A DNA stretch of 64,000 nt from a virus (Duplodnaviria > Caudoviricetes), in IMG/VR virus record IMGVR_UViG_3300042445_001485; one strand, written 5' to 3'. The translations under genes were made by a program, and so were the position numbers. The notes below the pieces were generated by a model. The model was given only the letters and a program-made list of their open reading frames with translations, was not told the DNA's origin and did no database searches. Positions 9,318-17,117 of this stretch are shown one piece after another. How positions within the stretch are numbered: the stretch's first letter is position 1; each line of letters begins with the position of its first letter.

Positions 9318-9346
9318 ATTATATAGCCTTCTGAACTGAAGAGCAA
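9318..9346 (-). promoter_or_regulatory. sigma70-type promoter of the porin
   Basis: TTGCTC-N17-TATAAT. Confidence 0.7.
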
Positions 9347-9376
9347 TATATTCTGTTAATTTTGGCTAAATTTCTG

Positions 9377-9916
9377 CTATTTGCCAAAAATCTTCTTTAG
9401 TCTACCAAAAGTCACATTGTCTTTTTTAACCGGATCGGTAATAACCATGCTGTAACACCAGCGTTCTTCACCGGGGTTTACTATATTGTGTGGTATTCCC
9501 ACTTGTACCAAACTGGGGTTCTTAATTGTTGCTGTATGCAGTAGTTGAACTTCGGTTGGATCAAATATGGTATACTTGCTACCCACTGGTGTTTCTAACA
9601 TAGCCTTTGGCAAACTGTTTGTAATTCTATACCAATGCATGGTAGACCCTTTGCCACCGAACACCCAGTTAATTTTACCCCTATCACCGGGTCCGTTGTC
9701 AATATGAATACCTAGCGTGTACGGAGTCTCAGGCGGGCCATAAAATAGCTCTAGTCGTTCAAACAATAACCCGTGCCCTTTTAACAGTTTAATCCAGGCC
9801 GGATTAACTGCATTAGAATCTGCATCTATATGACAGCGTTGACTATAATGGGGGTGTTCATAGTCTGGAACAAACAGTGGAGGTTGTAAGCCTAGCGGTA
9901 TACAAAATAAACTCAT
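9377..9916 (-). CDS. HxD...H cupin / 2OG-Fe(II) oxygenase-like protein
   Basis: GIHID ... PHNI; start at ATG 9916, 4 nt after TAAATA. Confidence 0.65.
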   Translation of the reverse strand: MSLFCIPLGLQPPLFVPDYEHPHYSQRCHIDADSNAVNPAWIKLLKGHGLLFERLELFYGPPETPYTLGIHIDNGPGDRGKINWVFGGKGSTMHWYRITNSLPKAMLETPVGSKYTIFDPTEVQLLHTATIKNPSLVQVGIPHNIVNPGEERWCYSMVITDPVKKDNVTFGRLKKIFGK

Positions 9917-9960
9917 AAAGTATTTATTGCTGGTCGTGCCTGGCAATATTATTAAAATAC

Positions 9961-10200
9961 TTACTTGCTTTTCTCTACTTGCTTTTCTTCCGTTTTCTCC
10001 ACTTTCTTTTCGATGGGTGGTGGGAAATGCGGTTCAATCACATAGTGTGTGGCACCCCACCAACCAAATGCTGAGATAAAACCGTATAAAAATATTTCAA
10101 TTACCATAGCCTGTATTATACAAGCAAGTAAATTTTTGTCAATGTTTTCGGGTAAGATTGCAAGCAGGATCTTTACAAGCTGTAATTCGTTTACGATCAC
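9961..10200 (-). CDS. small membrane protein; probable start about 10104
   Basis: One TM segment and a Lys/Glu-rich tail. Confidence 0.45.
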   Translation of the reverse strand: MIVNELQLVKILLAILPENIDKNLLACIIQAMVIEIFLYGFISAFGWWGATHYVIEPHFPPPIEKKVEKTEEKQVEKSK

Positions 10201-10348
10201 AGTCCGGGCAGTTTTTAATAACTCTGCCTAAGTTGACAGGCATAAATCTTACTATTTCATTTTTACCTGGTTTATCCCAACTGTCACATTTAGTAGCATG
10301 TATCATCGATGTCTCCTTGACATACATATACAACGCCTTAGCCTGCAA
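10139..10348 (-). CDS. small Cys-rich hypothetical protein
   Basis: CPDC...C...C pattern; start uncertain. Confidence 0.45.
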   Translation of the reverse strand: MQAKALYMYVKETSMIHATKCDSWDKPGKNEIVRFMPVNLGRVIKNCPDCDRKRITACKDPACNLTRKH

Positions 10349-10373
10349 AAGGGTTTACACACTTGGTAATATG

Positions 10374-10916
10374 TTAATAATGCGAAGGATCCATTGGTCC
10401 AAGTTGATTTAGATAAGCCAGCATATCCTCATAAGTTTGGTCGTACACGGTGATTGCCAGTGTGTATCTATTTGTGGTTCCCAAAGTCAACACTGAATGT
10501 TCTACCTGTGTATTAAACAATATTGGTTGATATCTTATGTACTCAACCGGCTTGACCATAAACATGGACGAATTCTGTTCGCCCACCTTGAATAAAGTGG
10601 TGGCATCAGGGCTATCACTTAGTAGTACATTTATTCCGCATAATCTTGTTCCGCGGGAATTAATTAAATCTTTGTGAAATTTGTAATATGTTCCTGGACT
10701 AAATCTCATATAGTCAAATGCCACATTCTTAAATTCACGCATTAATTTTTTCCCAAAGAGACTGCGTTCAAATCGCATACAGCGAGCTGTGGTTATTTTT
10801 GTTGGCATCTTGTGTTGGGTTGGATTACGGTAAGCCGCTTGTAATGCGTCATAGTAGTAAGAGATTGGTATCGGGGGTAAACCAGTTGATTGATAACAGT
10901 CGTTGATATTGATCAT
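10374..10916 (-). CDS. HxD...H cupin / 2OG-Fe(II) oxygenase-like protein
   Basis: YKFHKD ... EHSV; TAAATA-N4-ATG. Confidence 0.7.
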   Translation of the reverse strand: MININDCYQSTGLPPIPISYYYDALQAAYRNPTQHKMPTKITTARCMRFERSLFGKKLMREFKNVAFDYMRFSPGTYYKFHKDLINSRGTRLCGINVLLSDSPDATTLFKVGEQNSSMFMVKPVEYIRYQPILFNTQVEHSVLTLGTTNRYTLAITVYDQTYEDMLAYLNQLGPMDPSHY

Positions 10917-10929
10917 ACAGTATTTAACT

Positions 10930-11115
10930 TAAGAGAAACCCGCCGAAGCGGGTTTCCTGAGTTTCTGTTACGAGGTATGTCTTACCCTAGGCTACTTTAC
11001 GCGGCCAATGCGAACTGTGAGTCGTTAGCGTTTACTTTTTTTGCTTGATTAACGGTCATCGCCTACCGAGCGCCATTACTTGTACTCTTGACCCAATCGA
11101 TCCTGTGTCAGGCCC
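10930..11115 (-). ncRNA. ssrA: tmRNA coding piece (permuted, two-piece ssrA)
   Basis: 5' GGGCCUG acceptor strand at 11115, D-loop analogue ACACAGGAUCGAU, PK1 (CGC/GCG, CGGU/ACCG), resume context GUAAAC-GCU-AAC-GAC, tag (A)ANDSQFALAA* at 11029-10997; 3' end approximate. Confidence 0.93.
10935..10956 (-). terminator. terminator hairpin at the 3' end of the tmRNA coding piece
   Basis: gaaacccgc-ttcg-gcgggtttc perfect 9-bp stem with UUCG loop (minus strand). Confidence 0.85.
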
Positions 11116-11116
11116 A

Positions 11117-11329
11117 TCATAAGAAAACTTCTTCACCGTGTTCATCGCATAAACTAATATAGTGTTTGTTAGGACCAACAAACTTATACATCAAGTGACC
11201 TTGCTCTTTGTCCCGCTTGGTAAGAACCAAGTAATGCACTTGACCAAATTGGTTGGGCACTTCTTGAAACTTCTCGCCGTGGAATACAGGCAATATCTCT
11301 CCGTCACTTGTTTTTACACAAATCTTCAC
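11117..11329 (-). CDS. 70-aa protein encoded inside the tmRNA intervening segment
   Basis: TAAGGA Shine-Dalgarno immediately after ACCA, GTG at 11329, open for 70 codons, TGA ends 1 nt before the coding-piece 5' G. Confidence 0.7.
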   Translation of the reverse strand: MKICVKTSDGEILPVFHGEKFQEVPNQFGQVHYLVLTKRDKEQGHLMYKFVGPNKHYISLCDEHGEEVFL

Positions 11330-11340
11330 AAACTTCCTTA

Positions 11341-11405
11341 TGGTGGACCTGGGCGGCACTGCCCCGCCGTCTTGAATCCTTTTCTCAGTAACAGTTTACG
11401 CTGTT
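11341..11405 (-). ncRNA. ssrA: tmRNA acceptor piece (permuted ssrA)
   Basis: GAC-GGCGG-GGCAGUG-CCGCC-CAGGUCC-ACCA; pairs with GGGCCUG giving G3:U70; GAUUCAA and CUGUUACU pair with the coding piece; 5' end estimated from the promoter. Confidence 0.92.
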
Positions 11406-11411
11406 CTTGTT

Positions 11412-11440
11412 ATTATATATTTATTTTGATTGCGTGTCAA
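11412..11440 (-). promoter_or_regulatory. sigma70 consensus promoter of the tmRNA locus
   Basis: TTGACA-N17-TATAAT. Confidence 0.9.
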
Positions 11441-11589
11441 CCTATTTGGTACTTGGGTTACATCTGGCTACTATTTTTTTGTTTTGAGCCCGGTATTCTT
11501 CTTGCTTTTGGGACCTGGCCTGCTCTATTTCCGTCACTCATTCTTCAACTCCAATGGACGCCAGACTGGATCGTAGGGTAAAGTCACTG

Positions 11590-11838
11590 TCATGAACTCC
11601 ACCTCAACGCAAACCATGTGGCCAACTTGGGATCTTTGACTGTGATGGTGGGCACATATTTTGGTGCCAGGTTAAACCCTTCAAACGCTTCATGTCCTTG
11701 TGGATACACACGCTCACGCCGGTAGAACCAAGCATACTCGTCACTGTCTTTGATATCAGTCATATTGCCTCGGCCCACATGCTGGTACAGCCATTCAACG
11801 CAACCTTCAGGCACACCTTGATTGAACTCTACTCTCAT
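11590..11838 (-). CDS. small hypothetical protein (C-terminal F-x-L-x-W family)
   Basis: Ends ITVKDPKLATWFALRWSS. Confidence 0.7.
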   Translation of the reverse strand: MRVEFNQGVPEGCVEWLYQHVGRGNMTDIKDSDEYAWFYRRERVYPQGHEAFEGFNLAPKYVPTITVKDPKLATWFALRWSS

Positions 11839-12113
11839 TCAACTCCGAAATGTTGCTCAATATATGCCGCGGCTTTTAGTTGCCCGTTATACAATTCATC
11901 GTTCATACCACGATTATAGCATTGATCCAAACATTCCCGCACAATCAGTTCGGCGAACTTTGACTCATATGCCTCCGACCAAAAACTCTCACCCTTGAAG
12001 TTATAGTCGGCATACTTTTCAGCCTGTTCAGCAAGTTGTTTAATTCGTTCGTTCATTTCAGTTTCCAATTTGGGGAAGTCAACAGGATTGTTAGTGTTTG
12101 ATTTATGTGTCAT
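11835..12113 (-). CDS. small hypothetical phage protein (KFAELIVREC type)
   Basis: MNERIKQLAEQA...KFAELIVREC...HFGVE pattern. Confidence 0.7.
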   Translation of the reverse strand: MTHKSNTNNPVDFPKLETEMNERIKQLAEQAEKYADYNFKGESFWSEAYESKFAELIVRECLDQCYNRGMNDELYNGQLKAAAYIEQHFGVE

Positions 12114-12158
12114 TCTTCAACTCTACATTGCGCGGTAATAAGACACACGGTGGCTTTA

Positions 12159-12223
12159 TGGTTACGCAGGGTTAAGCACCCCCGGGTCTTGAATCCATTT
12201 TTATCTGCTTCATACAGCAATAA
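12159..12223 (-). pseudogene. partial second tmRNA acceptor piece
   Basis: ttattgct...ggattcaagacccgggggtgc mirrors the acceptor piece, but the T-arm and acceptor strand are broken. Confidence 0.55.
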
Positions 12224-12502
12224 TCATTTGTCTCTAAAAAGGCTTTCAACCTTAGAGACAGCATCTGGTGTTGACCCTTCCGCCACACCTTGTTCTTTAT
12301 CCTTCTTTGCTTTCTCTATTGCGTCCCATTCGGCTCCGGTCTTTTCACCTCGTTTTTTCTTCACAGGAGGTTTAGATGAACGAACACCAGTGTGGCTGTT
12401 TTGGTAATCACCACTTGGTAGTTTAGTCCAGCCCTCTGCTACTTCTTCACTTTGGGCATTTTCAATAAGGTTGATATAATCGCGGAAAGATTTATTTGTC
12501 AT
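12224..12502 (-). CDS. small putative head-associated protein, possibly truncated
   Basis: TAAATA-N7-ATG; LIE and two VAEG motifs; ends abruptly at the tmRNA-like remnant. Confidence 0.55.
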   Translation of the reverse strand: MTNKSFRDYINLIENAQSEEVAEGWTKLPSGDYQNSHTGVRSSKPPVKKKRGEKTGAEWDAIEKAKKDKEQGVAEGSTPDAVSKVESLFRDK

Positions 12503-12741
12503 AGTATAGTATTTATCCTTCACGCTTCCAAAATCTAAAAGATTCTGTGAGTTTGTTGCGGATGTATTCTTCTGTTTCAGTATCGCAAGATGCTAACTCA
12601 CTATCCACTAAATCGTGAATTTTTGTCCATAATTCATTATATAGGTCTTGCGAATCCATAATATCCTAACACGGTAGTCCTACCCTTGCGTCCAGGACCT
12701 GTTTCTCTTTGCTTCATATAGCAATAACTTACATTGTATAT

Positions 12742-13203
12742 TTATTTTCGACCAATGTCAACCGGTATACTCAATGCTTTTAATCGTTGCAATACCGCAG
12801 GCTTGATTTCCTCAGGGTAATCAATGATGTTTACCAGTTTGATGTATTGATTAGTAAAAGGAATCGCTTGTGCAATTCGTTCTTCTTCTTCTCCGGTTGC
12901 TGGTCCACCTGTATAACCCGGTAAGTTACTTTGCCAAGCATGACTTTGGACATTGGCTAGTTTTCTCACGGCTCGGCCATCAACTGTGATCATTACAGAG
13001 TTGGCAAGATCATTGAAATGGTACCAGTCTGGATTTCTTGTTAAACTTACATTACCGTAGTCACTATAATCAAAATCAGGATCAACATTGTCAGCACCGC
13101 TAACATCCAGCTTGCCACTGCGAACCATACCATTTAACCCTTGTGTAGTAGTTTTGTGGTAAAGTAGATCGGTTGATTCTGTTAGAATTTCATTTATACG
13201 CAT
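12742..13203 (-). CDS. ADP-ribosyltransferase-like fold protein (putative)
   Basis: LYHKT and VSLTR strands typical of ART folds; MRINEILTES N-terminus; TAAATA-N4-ATG. Confidence 0.5.
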   Translation of the reverse strand: MRINEILTESTDLLYHKTTTQGLNGMVRSGKLDVSGADNVDPDFDYSDYGNVSLTRNPDWYHFNDLANSVMITVDGRAVRKLANVQSHAWQSNLPGYTGGPATGEEEERIAQAIPFTNQYIKLVNIIDYPEEIKPAVLQRLKALSIPVDIGRK

Positions 13204-13224
13204 CTAGTATTTATTACACCAGAT

Positions 13225-13761
13225 TCAATCATAACTGTCAAGTTTCAAATCTTTCAAATGATCCAATGCTTCAGCATAGGCAACTTGGTACAAACTCACA
13301 CTTAAAATATATCTAGGTTGGTCGGTAGGATTTAATACTGCATGTGGATGTTGTGTGTTAAAAAGCGTAGCTCCTAAGAATGTGTAGTCACAAACTACTA
13401 TACCGTGATTCATTTTATTAAATGAATGATCTTTAAACATGGTAACTGCCCCAGGATTCTCGCTAACAACATAGTTGATACAGCATTGTCTTGTTCCGTA
13501 TTTTACACCACTTAGATCACAATGCCAATCATAAAAACTGTAGGGTTCATTTCTAAAAAAAGTAACAATTGTGGTTGAAAACTTTTTTGACAGGTCATTT
13601 ACAAAGTTGGTACCTTGAAACTTTATACAGGAAGCCAAGGTAATTTGATTGGGTTTCTTGTGTTCCTCTGGAAAAAAATACTTGGCTCGTTTTGCCAAGT
13701 CTGTATATTTCTCCGATAACTTTGGTAAATTTGGTAAGTGATGAAAATAATCATGTTCCAT
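13225..13761 (-). CDS. HxD...H cupin / 2OG-Fe(II) oxygenase-like protein
   Basis: YDWHCD ... PHAV; similar in layout to 10374-10916. Confidence 0.7.
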   Translation of the reverse strand: MEHDYFHHLPNLPKLSEKYTDLAKRAKYFFPEEHKKPNQITLASCIKFQGTNFVNDLSKKFSTTIVTFFRNEPYSFYDWHCDLSGVKYGTRQCCINYVVSENPGAVTMFKDHSFNKMNHGIVVCDYTFLGATLFNTQHPHAVLNPTDQPRYILSVSLYQVAYAEALDHLKDLKLDSYD

Positions 13762-14275
13762 TGAGCTGTCCTTGATAATGTTTAATCAACGAAAACGGAT
13801 CAGTGTTGTTTAATCCCACCGTTATAGCAGACCGTTCTGTCTTGATTCCTTTGACTGAATGTAGCACACGAGTATTCAGTATATGCCACCTACTGGGCTC
13901 AATGCATACACTTTCAAGTATATTTAATTTGGCATATTCTGGAATTTTGACCCTGGGCTCTCTCGAAACAGGTTGTCCGGGCTGTTGCCAAAGTGTAGTG
14001 GTCACGGTTGGTCCACCAGTGTTGATTATATAGTTTATTGCCCATAATCTTTTATCACAGTGAGCATTAACATCTTCCGAAATAACCTGATACCCTGCGA
14101 GATCGACATCACTACTGATATTTTCAGCAAGCCAAGATTTTAATTCAGGATGTACGGCCCATCGTGCATAGCCGGCATCTTGGAATCCAATTTGAGTCGG
14201 GTCTGGTATGTAAGGATTCTTCAATAATTCTTCAGGAATCCTGGGCAGTTGATCTAGATATTGGAATAGAATCAT
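13751..14275 (-). CDS. HxD...H cupin / 2OG-Fe(II) oxygenase-like protein
   Basis: NAHCD ... WAINY ... LHSV. Confidence 0.7.
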   Translation of the reverse strand: MILFQYLDQLPRIPEELLKNPYIPDPTQIGFQDAGYARWAVHPELKSWLAENISSDVDLAGYQVISEDVNAHCDKRLWAINYIINTGGPTVTTTLWQQPGQPVSREPRVKIPEYAKLNILESVCIEPSRWHILNTRVLHSVKGIKTERSAITVGLNNTDPFSLIKHYQGQLNGT

Positions 14276-14814
14276 AATATTAGTATATCTTCTAGATTTT
14301 GTTTTTCAAATCCAATTGTACAAGTAATTCTCGGTTCTAAACATTTAGGATTAATAACCACGCCGTGACAAATTTTAGTATTGAATACCATTGGTCGTAA
14401 TAATTCAATTGACTCAATTTCTTTTAGTGGAAACTTTCTCTCTGGTTCTAGATATGATTCTCGCCCCTGGTGTCTTTGAATTTTGTTGCCGTTTGTATCA
14501 TAAAATTTTGTATAACTGCCTGCACAATTAATCACCGGCCACAGCACTCGGTGTATGTGCTTACCAGTATCGAGATGGACAGGACCGTTTACCAAAGGCT
14601 CCCACCGCAAAATTGTTATCATGTTTATTTTTGATTTTATAACCTTGGCAAGCTCTTCTTCCAATTCAGGCACAAAATCTAATACCGATTCGGCATTTGC
14701 AGTAGTCCAACCCCATCTGTTAAATAACTCACTGTTTTCTGTGACATATTGATAAAGTTTATCAGAAATTAGTTGTTGTTGATCTACATCTAGAAATTTA
14801 TAAATTCGACGCAT
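14272..14814 (-). CDS. HxD...H cupin / 2OG-Fe(II) oxygenase-like protein
   Basis: PVHLD ... CHGV; start at ATG 14814, 4 nt after TAAATA. Confidence 0.7.
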   Translation of the reverse strand: MRRIYKFLDVDQQQLISDKLYQYVTENSELFNRWGWTTANAESVLDFVPELEEELAKVIKSKINMITILRWEPLVNGPVHLDTGKHIHRVLWPVINCAGSYTKFYDTNGNKIQRHQGRESYLEPERKFPLKEIESIELLRPMVFNTKICHGVVINPKCLEPRITCTIGFEKQNLEDILIL

Positions 14815-14832
14815 TAGGTATTTATAAAAAGG

Positions 14833-14863
14833 AAAAAGGCACACTTGAAAAAGGTGCCTTTTT
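14833..14863 (-). terminator. intrinsic terminator
   Basis: aaaaaggcac...gtgccttttt. Confidence 0.7.
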
Positions 14864-14886
14864 AAAGAGGGACAAGCCCTCTGTGC

Positions 14887-15222
14887 TTACTCAGCAATCA
14901 CTTCTTTAGTGGACTTGGTAGCACGAGCTTTGATAGCTTCCATGCTGGGCTTTGCGGCCTTGCCCTTGGTAACTTTGACCACGCCATTGTACTTGGCATC
15001 AGCCATGTCGATGGCCTCACGGTATGCAGGGTTTGCATACAGGTCGTGGGTCTTAAGGAACGCAACCAGGGCTGGCTTGTCCATTGCAGTTGGCAATTCA
15101 AACAGCTGGATATCGCTGTCAGTTTTTGCCAAGATCTTGACACGAGTTGTATCAGTTGCAAAGCGAACCTTGTAACCACCTTTAGATTTACTAACACCAC
15201 CGACTTTGAAAAGTTTAGTCAT
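14887..15222 (-). CDS. basic hypothetical protein
   Basis: 111-aa ORF with GGAG Shine-Dalgarno and strongly biased codons; Lys/Ala-rich C-terminus. Confidence 0.75.
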   Translation of the reverse strand: MTKLFKVGGVSKSKGGYKVRFATDTTRVKILAKTDSDIQLFELPTAMDKPALVAFLKTHDLYANPAYREAIDMADAKYNGVVKVTKGKAAKPSMEAIKARATKSTKEVIAE

Positions 15223-15456
15223 TTAAGACACTCCATTTAGTTAAGTTGAAAAACAATACAGACACACTCTGTATATTCGAATTATAGTTGAAAACGAATT
15301 TCGTGTCAACCACAATTTGAACTCTTTTACCCATTTTACTGAGCCAATTCTTTACTGTGCGTTTTGACCGCACCAATACCATTGTCCAACATTCGGGCCA
15401 CACCCGAAAAGCCCACAGTTGCAACAACAATACCTAACACAAATCCAATGATGAGA

Positions 15457-15933
15457 TTACGCATTTTCTGTCTCCTTTACAGAGGCCAGGGCCTCGTCCA
15501 AGCGAACCAGGCGACGAGCAAAGTTGCCGTACATGCTACCACAGTACCATACACTGTTTTCCATCACATAGTAGTACTCGCCGACACAGGCATCAACCTG
15601 CTCTAAGAATTCTTCAAATGTGTGCGATACTTTCCAGCCGACATCTTTTTCGCCGCGATCGCGACCGTAAAAGGTACACATATCCTGCGTGGTCTCTTCG
15701 TGCAAGCGTTGTTCAATTTGGCTAGCCAAGTCAAACTTGCTAAAGGCGTGCTTCTCGCCAATGTCCTTACGCAGGCTACTCATGTCACCCAGGGCCACCA
15801 ATTGATTGGCTTTGCCGGAGTCATAGTGCTCAGCCAAAATTTCTCCATTGTGTTCCAAATAACCATCCCAATGGCAATAAACTGATTTACAAACTGTACC
15901 GTGCATGACTGCAATACGACTTCTAGTTCCCAT
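15457..15933 (-). CDS. early hypothetical phage protein
   Basis: MGTRSRIAV...VYCHWDGYLEHNG motif; AAAAAGGA Shine-Dalgarno. Confidence 0.8.
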   Translation of the reverse strand: MGTRSRIAVMHGTVCKSVYCHWDGYLEHNGEILAEHYDSGKANQLVALGDMSSLRKDIGEKHAFSKFDLASQIEQRLHEETTQDMCTFYGRDRGEKDVGWKVSHTFEEFLEQVDACVGEYYYVMENSVWYCGSMYGNFARRLVRLDEALASVKETENA

Positions 15934-15964
15934 TTTGGATTCCTTTTTAAGTTTCAATACAAGT

Positions 15965-15993
15965 ATTGTACAATAGATGCCTTTTCGAGTCAA
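15965..15993 (-). promoter_or_regulatory. early promoter cassette
   Basis: TTGACT-cgaaaaggcatctattg-TACAAT. Confidence 0.88.
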
Positions 15994-15996
15994 CCA

Positions 15997-16185
15997 TTAT
16001 TTGCGTGTAATAGTTGTTTTGAAAACACCGCTCAAAACCACCACTGCACACCAAGTTTCAAATGTCAGTGGTATGGCCAGTGTAGGGAAAAGTGTGTTCA
16101 TGCTCCAAATTACTGCAACCGGGCCAAGTATGACCAGGGCAATAATAATCACAGCCCACAGAATAATTTTATTTGCATCGCTCAT
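15997..16185 (-). CDS. small two-TM membrane protein
   Basis: Start MSDANKIILW; hydrophobic. Confidence 0.6.
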   Translation of the reverse strand: MSDANKIILWAVIIIALVILGPVAVIWSMNTLFPTLAIPLTFETWCAVVVLSGVFKTTITRK

Positions 16186-16356
16186 GATGATTTCTTTAAC
16201 TGTTGATTGTTTTAAACGGGCTGAGTTCTTCTTGCTCTGCTTCCATATAGACCCAATCCACTGGGATATTGAGAAGTCGTGCAATATCTTGTGGGGCGAT
16301 ATCGTCCTCCAGCATTTCTTGGATGTCGATTGAAATATCACTCATTGAGATTCGAT

Positions 16357-16551
16357 TCATATAGTCTTTCTACATTCAAAAACACCGGGAAACATCCGGT
16401 TCTCCCGCACCAATTGGTCCATGTATGTGACCATGGAAGTCCGGGTCTTTTCACAGTCCTCTAGTTCTCTAAACTGACTCATGCGCTCTATGTGAAAGCC
16501 CGGAAGCCCGGCCTTGGTTACTACTAAGAATGTAAATATTAATTCGTACAT
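16357..16551 (-). CDS. small hypothetical protein
   Basis: Coupled to the upstream gene. Confidence 0.55.
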   Translation of the reverse strand: MYELIFTFLVVTKAGLPGFHIERMSQFRELEDCEKTRTSMVTYMDQLVRENRMFPGVFECRKTI

Positions 16552-16868
16552 TATGCAGTCCTCATCTGACCTTCAACGATTTCCAGCATGTTGGCCGGAA
16601 TCTTCCACAATGTGCCGTCACTATCTTTACGGACTGTGACATACTTGATGGCAATCTTTGTAACTGTACCGTGAGCACCCCAGGTGTGTTTGGGACTGGA
16701 CCAGCGAACTTGAACACCCACATCCAGGCTACGCTTGATCTGCTTGCGAAGATTGGTCTGTGCAAAACGAATGGCGTCGGTCATGCTACGAAGTTCTACA
16801 TCAGTCCATGTGCCAAACATGATAGATCTATTAAGTTGCTGAATGTCTAAAAGTCGTTCCATTTTCAA
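16551..16868 (-). CDS. early hypothetical protein (SH3-like C-terminus)
   Basis: Promoter cassette and Shine-Dalgarno directly upstream; GTVTKIAIKYVTV...WKIPANML. Confidence 0.75.
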   Translation of the reverse strand: MKMERLLDIQQLNRSIMFGTWTDVELRSMTDAIRFAQTNLRKQIKRSLDVGVQVRWSSPKHTWGAHGTVTKIAIKYVTVRKDSDGTLWKIPANMLEIVEGQMRTA

Positions 16869-16894
16869 GTTCCTTTTTAAGTTTCAATACAAGT

Positions 16895-16923
16895 ATTGTA
16901 TAATAGATACCATTTCTAGTCAA
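16895..16923 (-). promoter_or_regulatory. early promoter cassette
   Basis: TTGACT-N17-TACAAT, repeat family member. Confidence 0.85.
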
Positions 16924-17116
16924 CCAAACGCTGAAAAATTGTCTGTTGTAAAATAGCAACATCTTCCGACGGCACATAAAAGTCTGTGGCAGGGTCGTAA
17001 TACTCACCTGCTTTGGGGTCATAATAAAGTACTACACCGCTGGGATAGTGAAAAGGACCTTCTAGCCCGGCTCTAGGACCCCACTTGGGGTCATGTTGGA
17101 AAACAGTATTTGCCAT
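16916..17116 (-). CDS. small hypothetical protein
   Basis: GLEGPFHY...LYYDPKAGEYYDP motif. Confidence 0.7.
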   Translation of the reverse strand: MANTVFQHDPKWGPRAGLEGPFHYPSGVVLYYDPKAGEYYDPATDFYVPSEDVAILQQTIFQRLVD

Positions 17117-17117
17117 T

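Noticed and set aside
11330-11359. ORF-track start of the 80-aa ORF 11117-11359 (MPPRSTIRKF...)
   Set aside because: That GTG lies in the tmRNA T-loop and the first codons are the acceptor stem and CCA. The Shine-Dalgarno-supported start is GTG 11329.
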